Source of the DNA: Eubacteriales bacterium | GTDB taxonomy: Bacteria > Bacillota > Clostridia > Oscillospirales > CAG-272 | Assembly (NCBI GenBank): GCA_045603205.1 | Contig: JAZULS010000046.1 | Coordinates: 3,249-67,248 of the forward strand | Direction of reading: 5' to 3' | DNA: 64,000 bases | Part shown: positions 38,912 to 45,871 of the stretch, one piece after another | Layout: every line of letters begins with the position of its first letter | Position numbering within the stretch: the stretch's first letter is position 1 | The notes under the pieces: model-generated | What the model was told of the DNA's origin: nothing | The model's database searches: none | Seen by the model: only the letters and a program-made list of their open reading frames with translations | Program-made: the position numbers and the translations under genes

Positions 38912-39039
38912 TATGCAATATAGACGTACTCCTTGTTTTTTGCTGCTTAATATAAAATTCCAACGATCTTTTTGGCAAACGTTATCTCTTTATCATATTA
39001 TGGTAAAGACAGCAAAACTATCGGAGGATTTACTTTAAT

Positions 39040-40125
39040 ATGGAATACGTTACCGAATATAAAAAGCTTTCGTCAGACGTTTTGGGAGAATACTTCGTTG
39101 GATACAACTCTTTCGAAGGATTTGTAGGAAAATATATAGATCAGGTTGATGAAAAGAAACTGAGACGGTTATACGTAATTAAAGGAGCAGCAGGAACGGG
39201 GAAAAGCACCATAATGAAAACCGTTACGGCAGAAGCCCAAAAGGCGGGATATAATGTGGAGCGTTACGCTTGCGGTTCTGATCCGGATTCCCTTGATTTA
39301 ATAATTGTTAACTCAAAAGTGGCACTTATAGACGGTACATCACCCCACAGTCACGATCTTGCTTTTCCGGGAGCTTCTTCAGAATTTATAGATCTATCTA
39401 AATTCTGGGACAGTTCTAAGCTTGTGGAGAAACGTGGCGAAATCATAAATTTAACTGAGCAAAAGAAGCAAAGTTATGAGAATACATACAGACAACTCAG
39501 AGCTGTCAGGACATTAAGACTTGAGAACTCTGATTATATAAAAAAAGTTTTAGATTTACCTAAACTAAATAAGAGTCTTGACCGATTGGTGAAAGGACTG
39601 GGTAAATCTGACGGGGAGGGTAAGGCGATACCAAGGATCTTGAGATCTGTGGGAATGAAAGGATTTTATCGTCTTGACACATTCGAAACCTCTGCGCAAA
39701 CGCTGATTTCGGTTTCCGACGTATATTCGTCGGCTTACGAATACATGCGTTGTTTTGCGGAAAAATTAAAATTCGCCAAACTGAGCTTTGAATATAGCTT
39801 CGATCCTATTTGTCCAGAGCATATTTGCGAGATTTTTGTGCCTTCCGCCTCTGTGCTTGTCACAGTAGAGCAAATTGATAATGCCGACAGACATATCAAT
39901 ATGCATAGATTCGTAAAAAGTGAAGAATTGTCCTCACGCCGAGGATGGTTAAGGCTGTCAGCAAAGTGTTGTAGTTCAATATTAGATGAGGTAAAGGTCT
40001 CACTTGAGGCGGCAGGAAAGGCGCATTTTGCCCTTGAGGGAATATACTCGTCCAGTGTAGATTTTAAAGCTTTGTCGAATTATACGGAAGCACTTGCAGA
40101 GAAGATAATAGCCATGTGCCGTTAA
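39040..40125 (+). CDS. Uncharacterised P-loop ATPase (resembles the PRK06851-type conserved hypothetical family)
   Basis: 361 aa with Walker A IKGAAGTGKST, preceded by GYNSFEGFVGKY and followed by a Walker-B-like VALIDGTSPH. The family assignment is from memory only. Confidence 0.5.
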   Translation: MEYVTEYKKLSSDVLGEYFVGYNSFEGFVGKYIDQVDEKKLRRLYVIKGAAGTGKSTIMKTVTAEAQKAGYNVERYACGSDPDSLDLIIVNSKVALIDGTSPHSHDLAFPGASSEFIDLSKFWDSSKLVEKRGEIINLTEQKKQSYENTYRQLRAVRTLRLENSDYIKKVLDLPKLNKSLDRLVKGLGKSDGEGKAIPRILRSVGMKGFYRLDTFETSAQTLISVSDVYSSAYEYMRCFAEKLKFAKLSFEYSFDPICPEHICEIFVPSASVLVTVEQIDNADRHINMHRFVKSEELSSRRGWLRLSAKCCSSILDEVKVSLEAAGKAHFALEGIYSSSVDFKALSNYTEALAEKIIAMCR

Positions 40126-40240
40126 ATGTATTTAAACTGTTAACATATTGTACTAAAAAAGTTCAGTTTATGGTTTTATTTGTTTAATAAAAAAAGGTTA
40201 TAATATGATAAACAAATAAATCCATAAGGGGTACGAATAG

Positions 40241-40648
40241 TTGAACGGATTCAGAGCAAAACTTCAGCGTTTTTTTTCGGGCAGATACGGCCTTGACAGC
40301 TTCGGATATTTCCTGCTTATTTTTTACGCTGTCCTTTGTGTAATAAACGCTATTTTCAGATCGTACGTTATTCAGCTTATAACCATAGTTGTAGCAATTT
40401 ATGCTATGTTCCGTCTCATGTCCCGAAATTTCTATAAAAGAAGTGCTGAAAACAGAAAGTTTTTGAAGGTCTGGGGTCCTGTAAAAACCGAACTGAAGCT
40501 GTTTGTTGACAGATTCAAGTATATAAAGACCTCGAGATTCCGTAAATGTAAGCACTGCAAGGCGATAATCAAGCTCCCCTATAAAAAGGGAAAGCACACC
40601 GTCAGATGCCCCAAGTGTTCCCAGAGATTCGACGTAAATATTCTTTAA
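40241..40648 (+). CDS. Zinc-ribbon membrane protein (two TM helices plus a C-terminal CxxC...CxxC)
   Basis: 135 aa with a TTG start 9-10 nt after AAGGGG. It has two hydrophobic helices and then CKHCKAIIKLPYKKGKHTVRCPKCSQRF. Confidence 0.6.
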   Translation: MNGFRAKLQRFFSGRYGLDSFGYFLLIFYAVLCVINAIFRSYVIQLITIVVAIYAMFRLMSRNFYKRSAENRKFLKVWGPVKTELKLFVDRFKYIKTSRFRKCKHCKAIIKLPYKKGKHTVRCPKCSQRFDVNIL

Positions 40649-40655
40649 AATAAAG

Positions 40656-40682
40656 CAGCGGAGGGAAGCCTTCGCTGTTTTT
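40656..40682 (+). terminator. Rho-independent terminator
   Basis: Hairpin CAGCGGAGG-gaag-CCTTCGCTG followed by TTTTT. Confidence 0.85.
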
Positions 40683-40792
40683 GCGTTAGTAGAAATGTTT
40701 GAACTGTTTAGGTAGCCTAACATTAGTTGAATTATTCATTTGCTTGTGGTATAATTGAAGAAAATTAGTTCGATAAACTGGAATTCGGCGAG

Positions 40793-41218
40793 GTGGTGGG
40801 TCTTGTGATATATGAAAAATCATGTGGGGCGGTAGTCTTTAGCCGAAGTAATAACAAAATTAAATATTTGTTAATAAGAAATTTAACAGGCATATACGGA
40901 TTCCCTAAAGGTCATGTCGAACAAGGCGAAACCGAAGAACAAACAGCACTCAGAGAAGTCTTTGAAGAAGTGGGAGTTGTTGTGAAATTTCTTCCTGGCT
41001 TTAGAAGTGAAGATGAACACCCTATTCCACAAAAAGAAAATACCATTAAGCAAATCGTGTACTTCCTTGGTGAGTATTGCGACCAGGAGTTTACTTATCA
41101 AAAAGAAGAATTGACGGATGCTTTATTGCTGGATTACGAAACTGCTATGACTTTGTTTCAATTTGAGAGTAGTAAAAGAATATTAACAGAGGCCAACAAC
41201 TTCTTATTAGGCAGATAA
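40793..41218 (+). CDS. NUDIX hydrolase
   Basis: 141 aa with a GTG start (alternative GTGs at 40796 and 40805). The Nudix box is GFPKGHVEQGETEEQTALREVFEEVGV. Confidence 0.88.
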   Translation: MVGLVIYEKSCGAVVFSRSNNKIKYLLIRNLTGIYGFPKGHVEQGETEEQTALREVFEEVGVVVKFLPGFRSEDEHPIPQKENTIKQIVYFLGEYCDQEFTYQKEELTDALLLDYETAMTLFQFESSKRILTEANNFLLGR

Positions 41219-41243
41219 ATTTCAATTTTAAAGTAAGGTGAGT

Positions 41244-41639
41244 ATGATGGAGTGCGTTTTTTGCCATAAGGAAAAATTAGTCACAGATATTATTTATGAA
41301 GATGAAGTGGTAATGGCTTTTATGGATATGGACCCTATAAATGAAGGGCATATTCTTCTTGTTCCAAAAGCACATTATCTTGATGTAGATGAAATACCAG
41401 ATGAAACACTTTCACATTTGATGATTGTATCAAAGAAAATTGTATCTTCTTTGAAGGAAATATATAAACCTAATGGATATAGTATTATGCAGAATGGTGG
41501 AGAGTTTAATGATGTAGGACATTATCATCTACATATTTTTCCAAGATATATAGGAGATGGCTTTGGGTGGACTTATAAAGAAGATATAAAAGATGTAAAC
41601 TCCGAAATAGCAAAAAGAATTAGAGACAGAATTAAGTAA
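41244..41639 (+). CDS. HIT family protein (second copy in the window)
   Basis: The ORF track gives 41238 (GTG). ATG 41244 lies after AAGGTGA. It has CVFC at the N-terminus and the histidine triad HYHLHIFPR. Confidence 0.88.
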   Translation: MMECVFCHKEKLVTDIIYEDEVVMAFMDMDPINEGHILLVPKAHYLDVDEIPDETLSHLMIVSKKIVSSLKEIYKPNGYSIMQNGGEFNDVGHYHLHIFPRYIGDGFGWTYKEDIKDVNSEIAKRIRDRIK

Positions 41640-41668
41640 ATTCCAATATATGTGGGAGAAATAAGTTT

Positions 41669-42202
41669 ATGATTATTTGGATAAATGGCTGTTTTGGAGT
41701 AGGTAAAACAGAAACTGCAAACAGATTGCAAGGTTTGATAGAAAACTCACATATTTATGACCCAGAGCAGGTCGGAGCCTTTCTATGGGATAATTTTCCC
41801 GTCCCTTTGAAACGCAAAGGTGATTTTCAGGATATTGAACTGTGGAGAGAATTTAATTACAAATATATAAAATATATCTATCATAATTTTGACGGACACA
41901 TTATTATTCCTATGACACTTGTGAATCCCGATTATTATCATGAAATCATTGGCAAATTACAAGCAGATGGAATAGAATTGCTTCACTTTATCTTGAAAGC
42001 ACCGAAAGATGTTATAGTAGAGCGTCTGATACATCGAGGAGAGGAAAAAGGCTCTTGGGCAGAACAGCAGATTGACAGATGTATTAAAGCTTTTGATGGC
42101 AGCATTCATGGCGAAGTAGTTGATACAGAAAAAATGTCTGTCAATGAAGTTACAGAATACATACTAAAAAAATGCTTTTCTTCGACAAATGCTAATTTTT
42201 AG
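41669..42202 (+). CDS. TmrB-like P-loop ATP-binding protein (tunicamycin-resistance protein family)
   Basis: 177 aa. MIIWINGCFGVGKTETA...YDPEQVG...LWREFNY...IIPMTLVNPDYYHEIIG...SWAEQQIDRCI aligns closely along its length with B. subtilis TmrB as I remember it (MIIWINGAFGSGKTQTA...). It lacks the C-terminal amphipathic tail. Confidence 0.75.
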   Translation: MIIWINGCFGVGKTETANRLQGLIENSHIYDPEQVGAFLWDNFPVPLKRKGDFQDIELWREFNYKYIKYIYHNFDGHIIIPMTLVNPDYYHEIIGKLQADGIELLHFILKAPKDVIVERLIHRGEEKGSWAEQQIDRCIKAFDGSIHGEVVDTEKMSVNEVTEYILKKCFSSTNANF

Positions 42203-42214
42203 GAGGTCATTAAG

Positions 42215-42871
42215 ATGATTGATATTACTGCTTGGATGAATGATTTTTTGCAAAAGTTAAATGACACATTCCGCGACCGTGTGTGGTTTGTTGGTTTGCA
42301 AGGCAGTTATGGCCGTGGCGAAGCAACAGAAACCAGCGATATTGATGCTGTTGTAATACTTGATGAATTATCTGTTTTAGATATTCAATCATATAATGCA
42401 ATGCTGAATACCTTGCCGAGAAGAGAACTGGTTTGCGGATTTATTTCAGGCAAAGAAGAGATTTTGAACTGGGAGCCATCCGACCTTTTTCAATTTTATA
42501 ATGACACAACACCTATAAAAGGAAGTCTTGATGAACTGCTTTCGGTAATTGACGAGGGAGCAGTTGACAGAGCGATAAAAATCTGCGCCTGCAACATTTA
42601 CCACGGCTGCGTACACAATATGCTTCACGAAAAGAGCGAAGAGGTTTTACGAGGTCTGTATAAATCGGCTTCTTTTGTTGTACAGGCAATCGTTTTTAAA
42701 CAGAAGGGTGAATATATCCGTCATCAAAAGGAACTGCTTGATGTGGTGTCGTCCGAGGAACACGCCATTGCGGAAATCTTTTTGCACTTGAAAAACGGTG
42801 GCGAGATGGACTTTGCATCAATGTCCGAGACCCTGTTTGCGTGGTCAAAAAGGTGGATCGGAGCTAAGTAA
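42215..42871 (+). CDS. Pol-beta superfamily nucleotidyltransferase with a C-terminal helical domain (KNTase-like architecture)
   Basis: 218 aa with the NTase motif GLQGSYGRGEATETSDIDAVVILD (GS...DxD), followed by a ~110-aa helical region. The substrate is unknown. Confidence 0.7.
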   Translation: MIDITAWMNDFLQKLNDTFRDRVWFVGLQGSYGRGEATETSDIDAVVILDELSVLDIQSYNAMLNTLPRRELVCGFISGKEEILNWEPSDLFQFYNDTTPIKGSLDELLSVIDEGAVDRAIKICACNIYHGCVHNMLHEKSEEVLRGLYKSASFVVQAIVFKQKGEYIRHQKELLDVVSSEEHAIAEIFLHLKNGGEMDFASMSETLFAWSKRWIGAK

Positions 42872-42872
42872 A

Positions 42873-42898
42873 ACAAAAAACTCCCCAAAAGGGGAGTT
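42873..42898 (-). terminator. Terminator of tRNA-Thr (minus strand)
   Basis: Hairpin AACTCCCC-tttt-GGGGAGTT followed on the minus strand by TTTTTTGTTTT. It lies 1 nt after the tRNA 3' end. Confidence 0.8.
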
Positions 42899-42899
42899 A

Positions 42900-42972
42900 A
42901 GCTGGTGACCGGACTTGAACCGGTGACCTGTTGATTACGAATCAACTGCTCTACCGACTGAGCCACACCAGC
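42900..42972 (-). tRNA. tRNA-Thr (anticodon CGU)
   Basis: The minus-strand read gives acceptor GCTGGTG/CACCAGC, T-arm ACCGG-TTCAAGT-CCGGT, and anticodon stem GTTGA/TCAAC with loop TTCGTAA (anticodon CGT). No CCA is encoded. Confidence 0.85.
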
Positions 42973-42981
42973 AACGATGTT

Positions 42982-43010
42982 ATTTTACTACAAAAGGCGT
43001 AAAAAGTCAA
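42982..43010 (-). promoter_or_regulatory. Sigma-A type promoter for tRNA-Thr (TTGACT-17-TAAAAT on the minus strand)
   Basis: On the plus strand, AGTCAA lies at 43005-43010 and ATTTTA at 42982-42987. The spacer is 17 nt and the -10 box is about 9 nt from the tRNA 5' end. Confidence 0.65.
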
Positions 43011-43039
43011 TACGAAAATCCAACTAAATAAATATTTAA

Positions 43040-43078
43040 TCTAAATAAATAGGGAACGGAATTTTTACCGTTCCCTAT
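43040..43078 (-). terminator. Terminator of the ABC-DUF1854-ABC operon
   Basis: Hairpin ATAGGGAACGG-(8 nt)-CCGTTCCCTAT at 43049-43078, followed on the minus strand by TTATTTAG. Confidence 0.75.
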
Positions 43079-43081
43079 AAT

Positions 43082-45283
43082 TTATTTCTTTGAAAACTTG
43101 GACATCTGTCGCTGAGCCATAACAAGCTCGTAATAGATGCCGCGTGCCTTCATCAGCTCTTCGTGAGGACCGAATTCAGCAAGCTTCCCGCGGTCCAGTA
43201 CAAGTATCTTGTCAGCGTTTCTGAGGGTTGAAAGCCTGTGAGCGATAGCAAGAGTGGTTCTGTCCCTCGTCAGCTTGTATAGCACATCCTGAACTTCCTT
43301 TTCTGTCTCAGTGTCGAGAGCGGAGGTGGCTTCATCAAGAATAAGGATCTTCGGGTCTCTCAGCAGAGCACGTGCAATGGAAACTCTCTGTCTCTCACCA
43401 CCCGAAAGAGTGTATCCTTTCTCTCCTACATAAGTGTTGTATCCATCCGGAAGCTTTACGATAAATTTATGAGCTCCCGCCAGCTTTGCCGCCGCTATAA
43501 CCTCTTCTCTCGTCGCTCCGGGTTTGGCGTAACTGATGTTGTCGTAGACACTTCCTGAGAAAAGGTATGTCTCCTGCAGTACAACACCCATCTGAGAGCG
43601 CAGGGAAGCCTGTGAGATGTCTTTAAGGTCCACTCCGTCCACTCTTATGGTGCCGAATTGAGGGTCGTACAGACGCATTACGAGGTTTATAAGTGTGGAT
43701 TTTCCAACGCCCGAACGACCAACGATACCGATCATCTCACCTTTGTTTATGCTGAAATTCAGCTCTTTCAGTACGGGTGTGCCTTCGTCGTAAGAGAAGC
43801 TGACGTTTTCAAAATCAATGCGACCTTCGATGTCAAGCTCTACAGGCTCCACTGCATCAACTATCTCATTCTCCTCGTCGATGATCTCGAATATTTTAGC
43901 TACCGAGGTGGATGTACGTGAGATAATATCGGGAAGACGTGAGATCCATCTAAGAGGACCGTATACTATAGCTACGTAAGAGGAAAACTGTGCCATCTCA
44001 CCTATAGTCATCCTGCCTCCCAGAATTTCATTACCGACGAAATAAAGGATAAAGAATTCACCAATACCGAGGATAAAACCAAGCAGAGGCATAATGCTGC
44101 CCGTAAAGGTTGAGGTTCTGATCGAAACATCACGTTCGTCACCGGAAGCCTTGGCAAATCGCGAGATCTCCTTTTGCTCCTGACCAAAAGCCTTGACCAC
44201 TCGGATTCCCGAAAATGTGTCGTGAAGCACGGATGAAGCTTTTGAAGAGGTAATCCAAGAAAGCTTGAAATACTTATGTAGCCTCGACATCACGAATCTG
44301 TTTAAAAATATGATGACAGGCAAGGGGCAGAGAACAAGCAGAGCTATATTTGCGTTGTAAAAGAACAGGAACGAGCCAACGGCAACAAGGGTTACCAACA
44401 TTTGAACGATCTCGCCAAGCTGATGCACGAGAAAGTCTTTAATAACCTGCGTATCATGAGATACCCTGTGGATGAGGTTGCCTGCAGTACGTGCGTGGAT
44501 CTTCGCAATGGACAACGCTTGAATCTTGTCAAATGTTATCTGTCTCAGCCGTGCGATCAGCCCCGTTCCTGCGTTCAACATAAGAAGAGAGCGTGCGGAA
44601 GACAAAATAAGACTCAGTATATTCACAGCAAAGATCGAAACGATAACCGTTACGAAGCCGGCAAGCAGAGGGTTCACGCCGTTTATATACTTATCCACCA
44701 AAATCTTGTTAAGATATGGCGGGATCAGATTAACCGCGGCGGCGACAAAATACAACACAATTGATGCGATTATCGTCCATTTCCAAGGAGAAGCGATCAC
44801 AAGAAGTCTCTTGATATAGGACGTTTTATCTGCGCAGTGGAGACACATCTTGCTGCCTCGTCTGAAGGGACGACCGCATTTAGGGCACACCGATCCCGTT
44901 TTGTATTCTCGGGGAGCACCTGATAAAGTGCCGTTTTTCAGCTTTAGAAGGTCACCGCAGGCGGATATGAACATATCAACGGAAACGTTGTCGCCACGGC
45001 AAAGCGTGATTGTGTCTCCGTTTGTGAGTTCTGCCTCGACAGATACACAACCGATGCCTTTGTTTATGGAGTAATCTGAGATTTCGCCTAAATTCAGACG
45101 CTTTACAACGTTGCCGCCCTCCGAAGAAAATATCTCCTTGTTCGTCACAAGAACGAAACCGTCTTTGATCTTTTGTGAAGTCTCAAGACTGAGGCTGTAG
45201 GGGAAAATTATCCTCGCGTCCTCTTCATTTTCACATAAACCGAGAGTGACGGCAGAGAAGAGCAGTTTTTCAATACTGTACAT
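43082..45283 (-). CDS. ABC exporter half-transporter (TMD+NBD) with a ~155-aa N-terminal cytoplasmic module ending in a zinc ribbon
   Basis: 733 aa. Residues 1-132 have no TM segment. A Cys4 ribbon CPKC-x10-CLHC occupies residues 133-150. A type-I exporter TMD follows. The NBD has GRSGVGKST, LSGGERQR, ILILDEATSALD and IAHRLST. Confidence 0.85.
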   Translation of the reverse strand: MYSIEKLLFSAVTLGLCENEEDARIIFPYSLSLETSQKIKDGFVLVTNKEIFSSEGGNVVKRLNLGEISDYSINKGIGCVSVEAELTNGDTITLCRGDNVSVDMFISACGDLLKLKNGTLSGAPREYKTGSVCPKCGRPFRRGSKMCLHCADKTSYIKRLLVIASPWKWTIIASIVLYFVAAAVNLIPPYLNKILVDKYINGVNPLLAGFVTVIVSIFAVNILSLILSSARSLLMLNAGTGLIARLRQITFDKIQALSIAKIHARTAGNLIHRVSHDTQVIKDFLVHQLGEIVQMLVTLVAVGSFLFFYNANIALLVLCPLPVIIFLNRFVMSRLHKYFKLSWITSSKASSVLHDTFSGIRVVKAFGQEQKEISRFAKASGDERDVSIRTSTFTGSIMPLLGFILGIGEFFILYFVGNEILGGRMTIGEMAQFSSYVAIVYGPLRWISRLPDIISRTSTSVAKIFEIIDEENEIVDAVEPVELDIEGRIDFENVSFSYDEGTPVLKELNFSINKGEMIGIVGRSGVGKSTLINLVMRLYDPQFGTIRVDGVDLKDISQASLRSQMGVVLQETYLFSGSVYDNISYAKPGATREEVIAAAKLAGAHKFIVKLPDGYNTYVGEKGYTLSGGERQRVSIARALLRDPKILILDEATSALDTETEKEVQDVLYKLTRDRTTLAIAHRLSTLRNADKILVLDRGKLAEFGPHEELMKARGIYYELVMAQRQMSKFSKK

Positions 45284-45303
45284 TATTTTAAATTACCTCT
45301 TAA

Positions 45304-45834
45304 TTACAAATACAGCTCAACGATTCGTCTGCTTTTCTTGTCAAGCTGACTCAAAGGCGGGAGCTTAAAACGGTTGCCGTCAATATCCGTTATCATGATA
45401 TCACCGAACTTGTTTACGATAACGTTTGAACCGGACGTGCGGGTTGAAAAAGAAATCTCTCCCTCGTCACCGATGCATTTCCAAAAAGAAGAACCGAACC
45501 TTTCCTTAACGGAAATTACACTTTTAAGACAGCAAACGTAGTATTTGTTCAGAAGTTCCTTTTTTAAAAGCTCTGCTTCAGTCTCACCAAAAACGTCCAA
45601 GTTGTCGATTATGCCTATCTCTACAGAATCGCTGTCGAGTACGGAGATGAACTTCCACGGCATATCAAAAGGGAAGTTTCGGTGCAGATTTACCCTCGAA
45701 TATTTGCTTTCTTCTCCGCTTGTGGAAACTATCGTACCTAAAAAATCGCCTCTTTTTTCGAAAGTGCAGTTTTCGGGGGTGAGATACAGTATTCCAGCGG
45801 CTTCAAGCAGCTGTTTTTCCGAATTTTTATCCAT
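45304..45834 (-). CDS. DUF1854-like soluble protein
   Basis: 176 aa with no TM segment. It lies between two ABC exporter genes. The sequence (YLTPENCTFEKRGDF...NLHRNFPFD.PWKFISV...) fits my recollection of PF08909, an uncharacterised domain linked to Gram-positive ABC ATPases. Confidence 0.55.
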   Translation of the reverse strand: MDKNSEKQLLEAAGILYLTPENCTFEKRGDFLGTIVSTSGEESKYSRVNLHRNFPFDMPWKFISVLDSDSVEIGIIDNLDVFGETEAELLKKELLNKYYVCCLKSVISVKERFGSSFWKCIGDEGEISFSTRTSGSNVIVNKFGDIMITDIDGNRFKLPPLSQLDKKSRRIVELYL

Positions 45835-45871
45835 TGAACATTACCTCAAATTTAAATTTATACGGGCAAAC

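Noticed and set aside
40690-42972. I considered the tRNA-adjacent cassette as a bona fide integrative element (genomic island with att sites).
   Set aside because: No integrase or recombinase gene is present. By eye I found no direct repeat of the tRNA-Thr 3' segment (GCTGGTGACCGGACTTGAACC) near the left boundary at 40690-40800. I kept it only as a compositionally atypical cassette.
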